DNA from: Eledone cirrhosa | Taxonomy: Eukaryota | Assembly: GCA_964016885.1 (NCBI GenBank) | Contig: OZ024755.1 | Coordinates: forward strand, 31,868,001 to 31,932,000 | DNA: 64,000 nt | Reading direction: 5' to 3' | Part shown: positions 12,901 through 23,308 of the stretch, piece after piece | Layout: each line of letters starts with the position of its first letter | How positions within the stretch are numbered: position 1 is the first letter of the stretch | Notes under the pieces: model-generated | What the model was told of the DNA's origin: nothing | Database searches by the model: none | What the model saw: only the letters and a program-made list of their open reading frames with translations | Program-made: the position numbers and the translations under genes

Positions 12901-13088
12901 ATATTTCAAAAAATAAATTACCTGCAAACTCAGATTTACCATATATATATACATTTAAACCCTCGAGTCACTGTGGAAAGATTTGACCTTACCTCACAAC
13001 TGTCCTGTCACATTGCAGAAAGATTTGCACCTTACCTCACAAATCACCTGTCACTGCTTTTTTGCTAACGATTGGATTCAATTTACCT
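9947..13088 (-). promoter_or_regulatory. Intronic cluster of consensus 5' splice-site (U1 snRNA-binding) motifs
   Basis: Nine GGTAAG on the sense strand, five of them AGGTAAGT (9949, 10428, 10651, 10660, 11679), plus several AGGTAA variants. Confidence 0.75.
11451..11550 (-). other. Candidate poison (PTC) alternative exon of SNRNP70
   Basis: Branch point CTAAC (11577-11581), pyrimidine tract and CAG (AG at 11551-11552); joining to exon 6 gives T+AA = TAA; candidate donors with GT at 11462-63, 11449-50 and 11391-92. Confidence 0.65.
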
Positions 13089-13559
13089 TCAATACATTAT
13101 AAAATACTTCACTTGTATGCTTTTTTCGTTTTTTTTAAATTTTTGTTTTTTTGTTAGAAAGTGAAGTCAACAGACCATACAGAAGAAAAAAAAGGTTTAG
13201 CACCAGAGATGACAAGTAGTTGAAAGAAAACGATAGTACCAACATTTAAGGTAAGCAAATAGAAATTCGGTTGAGGGTCACAAAATTTGAGTAGGAACAT
13301 ATACTAGCCAGAAATAATACCAACAAAATGTTCTGTTTATGTGATTTTTCCTTTGAAATTGCAATCAATTAACCCTTTATGTACTTAAAAAAAAAAAAAA
13401 ATCAGGTTTATCAAAAGATGAGGATAAACAGAACCACCTATAAAAGTAAAAAAAAAAAAAAAAAAAAAATGCCCTCTATTGTTGAAAAAGAATTAAGTAC
13501 ATAAAGGGCTAATGGCTACAGCTAAGAGAGACAGCATAGGGAAAGTAAGGGTTACTTAC

Positions 13560-13641
13560 AATGCATGTCTCTCTCATGTTCATATTCAATGAAAGCATAT
13601 CCACGCATTTTAACACTTTTGACGTCATTGACCATGCGGAT
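13560..13641 (-). CDS. SNRNP70: U1 snRNP 70 kDa, coding exon 6 (RNP1)
   Basis: IRMVNDVKSVKMRGYAFIEYEHERDMH with the RNP1 octamer RGYAFIEY; TAG acceptor, GTAAGT donor. Confidence 0.97.
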
Positions 13642-14185
13642 CTAAAGAAAAACAATTAAAAACACTATTTAAAATCTGCAGCATATTATAGCAAATCATA
13701 TAGACATACAAAACCTGTATTTCCTATCAAAGACATTGTCTGTAGTTTTCAAATCAAGAATTTAGAGGGATTTATAGTAATAAAACTTTCCCATTATTAA
13801 TCTGGTGTTTGAACAATTTTTAGATAAATATAAACACTTTAAAACAAAGTTTTGTAACACAACACTGAAAAGTTTCAAGTGGTTTAGTATCAAAACAGTT
13901 CCTCTTCATTTGCTGCCAAGAGTAGACTGATATAAAATATGATCATGTCTCAAAATTTGATGACAAGACATGGGAATAATATAACCAATGATTCCCATTA
14001 GATTATATGCTCATTTAATAACACGCTTTCACCCAGCAAATAGCCATGATACCTGGCAAGAATCTTTACTTATTTACCTCTAATACATACACATGCTACA
14101 TAAGCATCAAATTTATCCTTACATTGTTAATTATTTTCAATACAGAATATATAGACAAAACTTCAACTTCAAATGTATAAATATA

Positions 14186-14252
<67 letters not shown>

Positions 14253-14424
14253 CAAAACTGACTATACATATATATATATATATCTATAGTTGTGTTTGTG
14301 TATATCCTGTGCCCGGGTCAACTTTGCTGTTTCTTCTTTTTGAGGTTAGCAAAATAATTACCAGACAAACTGATCCAAAATAAACTTCTTAAGAGTGTTC
14401 CAGTAAAATTATGGTTTCTGATTT

Positions 14425-14552
14425 AGGCTCAAGGCCAACAAATTGTGGGAGGAGAAAGTCGATTAAATTGACCCCAGTGCATTACTGGTACTTTAATCGA
14501 CCCCATAATGATGAAAGGCAAATCTAACCTCGGTGGGATTTGAACTCAGAAA
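14425..14552 (-). mobile_element. SINE fragment, second family
   Basis: Reverse complement of GCCTTTCATC..GGGGTCGAT..AAAGTACCAGTAATGCACTGGG seen at 52532-52724. Confidence 0.75.
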
Positions 14553-14781
14553 CATGTTGGTTGAAACCAGTAAAATAATAAGAATCTGAGCTAAGGAAAG
14601 TATATACATTTTTGTATAGATGAGCCCTTTCTCCTATCTAGCACAAAGAGGTGGGTCAGAAGTAAGCCCAGAGTAAGACAGTAGCAACATGGATCTACAC
14701 AAGCAAACCCATATTGAAAACACACTAATATACTGATAAAATTAAAAAGGATAAAAATGTCACAAATTTAATAATACTCAC

Positions 14782-14844
14782 TCTTCGTATGGGTCCAAAT
14801 ACTTCAAACTCTCGCCGTAGTTTTGATTCACTTGTGTCATAATT
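14782..14844 (-). CDS. SNRNP70: U1 snRNP 70 kDa, coding exon 5
   Basis: NYDTSESKLRREFEVFGPIRR; CAG acceptor, GTGAGT donor. Confidence 0.97.
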
Positions 14845-16149
14845 CTGAAACAGAAATTTAACTGTTTCATCTATATGATGAAAAAACAAAAAAAAAAAAA
14901 CTATTTATTGGCACTACTCCATTTTAATCAATTAATGAAGAATTTTGAGAGATTTACTAAAATTAATTATTTCATTACTAAGATAGTAACTTAATGTTAG
15001 GTTCTTATATAAAATTATGTTGGGAGATTTTAATTTAAATTGGAAACCTTTAAAATGGGTGATTTTATTTCATAGAACCAGAACTGCTTTTGGCCAGGTT
15101 GGTAACTAAATGGCTGAATTGTAAATTGAAGCTCAACAACTGGAACTAAGTGTTGAACTTCAAGAAATTCTCCATTATTCAAAGTCTTAAATATGCTCTA
15201 GAAAATATATCTGCTACAGAATACAAAATCCTCACTGATGCTGACAAGAAACCTACTGAACATGCTAGATGATTCTATATCCCAAAGTGTAATGAGATAA
15301 TGTTAAGATAATACTCTATTTATTAATAAGAACTATATATTTTATAATGCTTTGCAATATCTTCTACTGTTTGCCTAAACTTCCCCAAGTACACATTCCA
15401 GTAGAAGTTTCCTGGAAGGCTTATGCATTTATTGTTAACATTAATTTACTAAATCATCTATTGGCTACAAATCTTTTTCATCAATATGGTGTTGAGATGA
15501 ATGCAAAAACAGAAGTAGTAAGATTATTTTGCATTAGAACTCATCTGAAAGATGTGAGTCATATATACATCTAAGATATGGCATTCAACAACTTGGTATT
15601 GTTCCATTAACATTTTAATGAGCTGGCCCACTATCATATAGTCGTAAGTTTGATGTTCAGACTGGATAGTACATTATGCCCTTGAGCAAGGCACCTCACT
15701 CAAGTCGCTCCAGTATGAGGATCAGTGGCAACAGGGAGGCTAGCCTTGATGGGATGTGTTTTGTACTCTCAGTTACTTAGAGCTCATAAACAAGGATAAG
15801 CTTCAGCCTCCACCTAATACATGCAAGAATGGAAAAACAGGCAAGAAACGATTAACTTTTGCATGAAGACAAATATACCAAAAACCACCCTAAGACATTT
15901 TTAAAAGACATACAAACATGAAAATATGGCTATCCTTCATATTGCAGAAGAAAACCTGATAAAAGATAATTCTTTACTGACCTCCCTTATAACGTCTAAT
16001 GCTCATATTAATGTAGAATTTTCTAATGCTGTCAGATAAGAGTTTATTTTACCAATGAGACAGGTGCCCAACAACCTCTAGATCTTAGAGATACTCCTCT
16101 TTAAAACTATAACATGGTGTGTTTGCTCAAACTTTATTGTATTACACAT

Positions 16150-16700
16150 GGATAAGACATTAAATGGAGTTTACACTGTTCATATCAACCAGCAAGAATA
16201 TTTCTTTATTAAAAATGTTGCTGTATGAATTTGAATGGCCTAGATCTTTGATGAGAACAGTTGATGGTTGTCATGTTTGTGTGACCTTTAGAAAGGCATG
16301 CTTCAAATGTTGGATGGTAGGAGTCGATAGTCAATAGGATGTCATCTTAACAGAAACAACCATATACCAATCCCCCAAACGGCAGCGATTCATTAGCAAT
16401 TCTGCTAAAAACTAGTCATGTTGGCAACCCTTTAGAATTATGGAACAAAGTCAAAAATGATTTGGCACAAGATTAAAAGCACCAAGCACAACTTGCCAAA
16501 CACATACTGAAGTAGCTTATATAGATGAAATTTCCAACAGAGCCTTAATTGACATAAAAGATAAAATAGTATCAATAGATGAACCACAACTACCATCCAT
16601 TATCATGCGACAAACCAATCATTTAGTTATAAAGCTTATAAGAGAAACATGATATCAACTGCTAGATAATGAACCTAAGTGTTTGCCTAATCAGAGAACT
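16150..16700 (+). mobile_element. Decayed Helitron Rep/Helicase fragment
   Basis: Broken frames read ...GVYTVHINQQE.../...RTVDG...TFRKAC.../...LAILLKTSHVGNPLELWNKVKNDLAQD, resembling the Helitron region between Rep and helicase (recognised from memory). Confidence 0.6.
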
Positions 16701-18063
16701 GCTGGTTGTATTGGTACCATCACAAATAGCATCCACTATCTTGTAAGGTGGTTAGTGTTAGTAATAGCCTCCAGCCATAGTAAACCAAGTCATGGTCACC
16801 TGATTTGTTTGGCCTCATAACGTGATAGACAACAACCAAACCCATATTATAAGCATGGAAAATAGATGTTAAACAGTGATATTCCTGGGATACATCTAAT
16901 AACATCAGATATGCTATTTCACTTTGAGGGCTTACAATTTTCAATATGATTTTTGTCATGTCAACCAATAAATCATGGAAAGGGTGTTGTGCTACAATTA
17001 CAAGACTGCCTCCTTAGTCAACTATGTAGGATGTTCTTTAGTAGGAACACATATCTTTATATACTCTATTAGAAAAATGTGCAAAATATTGTAAATTCAT
17101 TACATACACATCACTCTGCCATGGTTTGATAATACAACCATATAAAGCTCAATATGATTTTATAGTCCACACCAAGATAGGTATTGAACAGTTCAGAGTT
17201 TATTTAATCCAATTGGTAAATTTCCCATCACAATAGTGTTATAATCTCACAGAGCATATATATATATATATATATACATTCATTAACTAAGATTATAATT
17301 TACATTTAATAGTTTTATGACTTGTTTTGTTAGACTAACAAGAATATTCCTACTTATAATTTCTATTTGTATACATCTAGCTCTATTTTAATGTATATTA
17401 TATTTTGTATCAATATATTTTAGTCCGTAAATCTATAATTATTGAACATTATTTTGTATTTTTTATCACTGATAAATTTTAATTACATCTTTTTGTTTCA
17501 TTAAATTTTAGAGTTTTCCTACAATATTTTCCTTCTTTTCTCTCGATGGAATTTTAAAAGTATTTATATATCTGTATTTGATTGATTCTGGGGAGCAATT
17601 CTAGCAGGACTGGAATATTCTTTTTAGTTTAACAAAACAGTTATATAAATGCTATAATAATAATCCTTGATAATTTTTCGCTTATATATATACAAATAAA
17701 TGTATACACACATCAACAGCATTCTAATAAATATTGCCTGAAAAAGTAATCAAAGTATGTATACATTTTGGGGACACACCCTGAGTGTGTGTATATATAA
17801 AACCAAAAGTATAATGAAAGATAAAGAACCAATAAAAAATGAATAAACCAGAATATGAGATAAGCAACAAAAATTAAAGCCAAAGAAGAAGAAACAAAGT
17901 ATAAAAGAAATCTTGTGAAAATCTACAACAGCTAATCACTATATATGAAAGCCAATATATTTAATGGTAGCATTAGTAACAAAGAACTATCAGTGTAACA
18001 TAAAAGATGAAGCAATGCATGCTAATTTATATAAAAACAAACTAATTAAAGAAATGAACTTAG

Positions 18064-18933
18064 CCCTTTAGTGTTCAAACCGCCCGAAATTATTTCCCCT
18101 TCATTTGTTCAAACCGCCCGATAACACCCACACTAAAAAATCGTTCTAAAAATAAACAAACCATCATCAACTCGAGATTACTGCGAGATTAGGCCCTTAC
18201 CATGAAAATTAACACTTGATATAGTGAAACAACTTAAAACAACATGTGTTTTTTTAACATTGAAAGTAGAATAGATTTTTTGTGTATCAACATGGCTTGT
18301 GAAAGTAGAAAATGAAGGAGATCTCCAGGACGCCATTGAAATATACCACACCAATATATGTTCCCGATTTTATTCAAAATACTGGTCCACAACACACATT
18401 AGCTCCCGATGCTAAAGCACTGGATTATTTCTTTTTGTTTTTACCACAAACTTTCTTCGAAGTTGTGGCAGAAGAGATTAATCGATATGCCCAACAACAG
18501 ATTTCAAATCAAAGAACCCCCGATCTGTTATGGCGACTGACAGATGCTGCGGAAATGCAAGTATTTTTTACCGTAAATATTATGTTCGGTATAAAACAAT
18601 TTCCAAGACTGTGAAATTACTGGAGCACTGATATAAGGTTTAGTTATCTTTATATATCAAGTATTATGCCGAAAACAACGTATTTAAAATTAAACTAGTA
18701 TTTGCACCTGGTTGATACTTCAAATGCCCCTATTAATTAATTTCACCTGCCAGATAAAATTATATAATTGTAAATTATTGATATTTAAACATCTGACAAA
18801 ATTTCAAGCCTGCACATAGAAAATTAAGAAAATTACAAACGAATAAAATTGATAACCCTCTTGAGTATGATTAACTCAAAATAATGCAAACAGATAAGCA
18901 TGATATTTGAAAATTAATGCAAATGCTAAAGGG
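18064..18933 (+). mobile_element. Internally deleted piggyBac transposon with transposase remnant
   Basis: Ends CCCTTTAG...CTAAAGGG within degenerate TTAA sites; ORF 18312..18614 ALDYFFLFLPQTFFEVVAEEINRYAQQ...EMQVFFTVNIMFGI then stop then NYWSTD, typical of the piggyBac transposase N-terminus. Confidence 0.85.
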
Positions 18934-19684
18934 TGAAAGTATAATTAAATAAAATACATTTCTTGAGGACCAAAAAATACAAGTTTGTATATTAAAATTA
19001 AATGGATGAAAACTCAAACGCTGGAGTCAAAGTGGCTTTGAATTGTGTCTTGGGAAAGTCTTCAAACTTAGCCAATAAAATTTAGTAAATGGAAATCTGA
19101 GATGTGTGTGAATGTGTATTCCTTGCTAGCAAGGGTTGGATGGGTCCACATAGAACAAGTCAGTACTGAAGCAGGACTACTGACCTCCGTGACAGGCCAG
19201 GGGGTATCCATCTTGCTTATCTATGGTCTCATGTTCTACTGAGTGCACCAGCACAAGAGAGGTTGCCATGTCGCTAGCATAACTGAAGGTCCTCCCAACC
19301 TTTTGTTTGGCAAGGTTTCTACAGCTGGATGCCCTTCCTATCACCAAGCACTTCACAATGTGTACTAGGTGTCTTTACTGTGTAGATCACCAACACTATG
19401 AAGGTTGTGCTGTGAAGGGGCCTCATAACTCCTTTTAAACATGATTTCTAAAGCAGGCTACCCTTCCTGTCACCAACCTCGCTGTAGAAACTGTGCTTGA
19501 AAAGGGCTGAGATACACACGGAGAGAGAGAGAAATAGCAGACCCTACTATATTTTATGCCCCTTTACACCCAGGAATTTACCATTCCTCCTATTGAGCTT
19601 GATATAATCAACTGAAACCAGTAAGAAGAGTAAATGCCAAACAAAATTTCAAGTAGAAAAATATAAACAATCACAAATACTTAC

Positions 19685-19749
19685 AATTCTTGCAACAAAT
19701 AAGGTTTTGTAAGGATCAGATGTACTGTCCGGAATGTTATGAGGATCCC
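19685..19749 (-). CDS. SNRNP70: U1 snRNP 70 kDa, coding exon 4 (RNP2)
   Basis: (W)DPHNIPDSTSDPYKTLFVARI; AG acceptor, GTAAGT donor. Confidence 0.97.
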
Positions 19750-20073
19750 CTTTAATAAAAACAATGAGATTTTAAATACATGGAATAGAAATTAAATCAA
19801 GGGAAATATTCTTATAGTTCATATATCTCAGAATTTATATCCAACGAGATACAAGACATAAATACAATTAATAAATTTGTGAAATGCAAAAATGTTCAGT
19901 AAATATTAGGTTAGCATGTTGAAGAACTAAAAGTTCACAACACAAATCAAATCAAATCACTAACAATTTATTATCCCCATTCTGCAATTAATTTAACTGA
20001 AACTCGACACCAATCATGAAACATGTAAACATTGAATATAAAACATTAAAAAGAAAAATTGCCACATACTTAC

Positions 20074-20128
20074 ATAGAGCTAAATCTTGTTCAAGCTTAT
20101 ACGCTATCTGTTCTACTCTCTCTTTACG
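20074..20128 (-). CDS. SNRNP70: U1 snRNP 70 kDa, coding exon 3
   Basis: RKERVEQIAYKLEQDLAL(W); TAG acceptor, GTAAGT donor; 55 nt, phase fits. Confidence 0.93.
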
Positions 20129-20224
20129 CTAGGGAGAAAAAAATGAAGAAGAAATGTTTCAATGATGCTCCAGATTATATTTATATATATATACATACAT
20201 ACACATACATTGGGTAATAACCGA

Positions 20225-20620
20225 AAGAATACAATAGCAAATACAAGCACCTGAAATGGGGTTCCTCTGAAGGGTCTTTGGAGTAACGTTGCTCGATAAA
20301 GTGCATAGCTTGGAAATCAAAGAGACATTCCAAGTAGTGCTGCTACCTCTCTGAATTGAGAGATCACAGCTCCGATACTATGGACATGTGGTTAGAATGT
20401 CTCAGGAAAGAATCACTGGACAGATTTTACAGGCAAAACCAACCAGCAGGAGACCTAAGGGTAGACCACGAGCAGGATGGTTGGATAGCATCCATGAGCT
20501 TGGCTGGTCTTGCTTGGGGATCCAGCTGGACCAGTTGGTGATGGTTGCTTCTGACAGGAGTGTTTGAGGACTGTTCCCTCATGACCCTCTCAAGTAAAAG
20601 TGGGCGAAGAAAAAGAAGAT
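20225..20620 (+). mobile_element. RTE-like LINE 3' end
   Basis: Reads ...IERSQLRYYGHVVRMSQER...GRPRAGWLDSI; a related copy lies at 43575-43890. Confidence 0.75.
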
Positions 20621-22469
20621 ATATGTATATGAAAAAGCAAAGTAAAATTACAGCTCACACTTAAGTGGGTTTAGTTGGCCTCCTTCAATGTTGCATCTCA
20701 TGTAATGTCTGTGTTTGCAGAACAAAAGATGACCTTTGTATGAAATTGTATTCATTACTCACAATAAGGCTATAACAAGCAACATTAATAAAAAGCTATG
20801 GCCATCTTGTTTATTTTTTAAATATTTATTGCTGGCAGGTAGTACAGTTACATCGAGGCACTGTTGTTAGCTCTGGTATGTTTATGTCGACTACAATAGT
20901 GGGGTGAATTTGATGTTCTCTGGTGTTGCTGGTAGGACGAGAGACTGAATGCAGCAAGTCCATAGGTAATTCATACAGGTAGGATGTTGTGTGTACTTTG
21001 TGATGTGGAAAAGTCTTAAAGGCATCGGTTAAATGTCTAGATGAGAGAACAGATCCATATCATACTCCATTATGGAAATTACAAATGCTGGATGCATTAT
21101 TTTTGTACACTTCATAAATGAGAGTTTGTTAATTACCTTTTCTATTTAATATGTGAACAATTGTGTCATTTCGAGCTAGTCACTGATACACTGTATTTCT
21201 GATGGCTAAAGTCACAAGAGCCTTTTGGCTTTTAACATCTAAGTAGCAAAGACTAAGTTCACAATAGAGATTACCAAGGATTGCAATAATTGGACTTCTA
21301 CAAATTTTCTGTATACCAAATTCCACTCAACAAAGCACATGCCCAAGGTACCACAAAATTGGATTGAATACAGAAACATGCAGTTTTGAAATAAACTCCT
21401 TCAAGGACATGCTTATGCCCATGTTTCTCAACTCACAAACCCTTTGAACCTAGCAGACCAGAGTTTCATCTTTCACAGTATTTACAAACAAATTTCTTAG
21501 TAACTAGAGTCAATTAAATTAGTACTTTCATGGTTCCAGGACTAAAAATAGCTGAAAGCTGTGCAATTGATCAATTTGATATTTGATTCCCGTTAATTTT
21601 TAGAGAAATCATGGCACAGGAAGTGCTGAATCTATTGAATCAATGGGATTTTGAAAGGGAGTGAGATAGATTAACAAACCTATGTCTTTGAGAATTTTCA
21701 GTCGTAAGACGATGTTGACACTGTCAATAATGCTAAGCTGATATCAGACTGAAGTTTGACAGCAACAATGAACTCAGAGAAGTTGTGATAGCTTGTAGCA
21801 ACTTTACTGATGTTGATTCTATCTCACCCCCCACCCCACCCAGTACAGAGAGAAATTGATCCGTCAGCCAGAGTGGAGTAGGGCATGGTTGTTGTGACAA
21901 GACAGGTTTGCATCTAGGCTGCACAACCCATTCAACCGCTACAAGAATGGGACTGATACTTCCATATTTATTCAGCTTGTTTTGTCCCATATGATGCTCC
22001 ATATGTGAGGAATTTCCCAACTTTTGATGGGAACACTAAACAAAAGGAAATATTTGAAATCTTTTAGACAGGTGATCCTTTGGGATTTGTCTGTTACAGA
22101 ATCCAGCCCTAACTAATTAGCAAAATTATGGAAAGAACTTGGGGAATCAGAATTGTAATGAAAATAATTATTCAGACAGGTACAAAAGTTAGTTTTAGAT
22201 GGAAGTAAATTGTAAAATCATATACACCTCTGGTGTTGGAAAGGTCATGTTTTAAGGTAGGATTTTAGCAATCTAGACAATGTTACATATGGTAAATGAA
22301 GAAGTTACTGTTGATAAAAATGGCAAGATCTATAACAGACCATTATTGATTATTATAGATACTGAACAAGTTTATGAATTGAAACGAGTTATAAAATTAT
22401 CCCCTTAGATAGCAATGAGAAAGGAATCAATCTTTAAGACATCCATGTAAAATACACACAGAAACCTAC

Positions 22470-22532
22470 CTTCCTTTCTTTTCTTTCTTCTTTTGTTTCA
22501 ATCCTAGTAGGTGGCGGTGTGTCTTTAGGATC
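22470..22532 (-). CDS. SNRNP70: U1 snRNP 70 kDa, coding exon 2
   Basis: DPKDTPPPTRIETKEERKERK; CAG acceptor, GTAGGT donor. Confidence 0.96.
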
Positions 22533-22574
22533 CTGTAACAAATGCAGACATTTAGATATTAAATATTGTGTGTG

Positions 22575-22657
<83 letters not shown>

Positions 22658-23148
22658 TTAATTGTACTTACCATTTCCTACACTCTATACTCTATACTGT
22701 CCTAGTCTAATGACCAGCTTAACTGTGTCAACTTACATTGACAATATCCATTGCAACCAAACTTTCCGAAATCATCATTATTTGCAACTTCAATGCATAT
22801 AAACGCCTTAATCTACACAAGACTCCTTCCTCTACATGTTAACACAAACAATGAAGCTTGTATGTAGTTGCTCAACCAGCTAGAAATAGCAGCCAAATCT
22901 TCCTCAAAATCCAAACAACTGTTTTAAAAATAGTTTAATAATGAGAACTATATATGCTGGAAATGATGACTGAATAGTCATGGCAAGAATTCCAATCAAT
23001 GAAATATGAGTCACAGAAAACCTTAGCTGAACATCAAGCGTGAAGTGACATCTCTGCATGAAATGAGGAATAAAAACTATGAAATAAACATAGAATACAA
23101 AACATCAAAGCCTCAAATGTCACAATATAACGAAGGCTATTATGTGCC

Positions 23149-23308
23149 TTAACCCATTGGCATTTAAACTGGCAGCTCATACAGATGTTAAGGTATTGTT
23201 CTCAACATAAATAACATCAAAATCTCAGATTCGATATTATTTGAGATGATTATGTAATTATGAAAACATAATAGTAAATATAGAGTAATGTAAATGCTAA
23301 AGGGTTAA
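23149..23308 (-). mobile_element. piggyBac-type MITE
   Basis: TTAA-CCC...TAAATGCTAAAGGG-TTAA. Confidence 0.8.
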
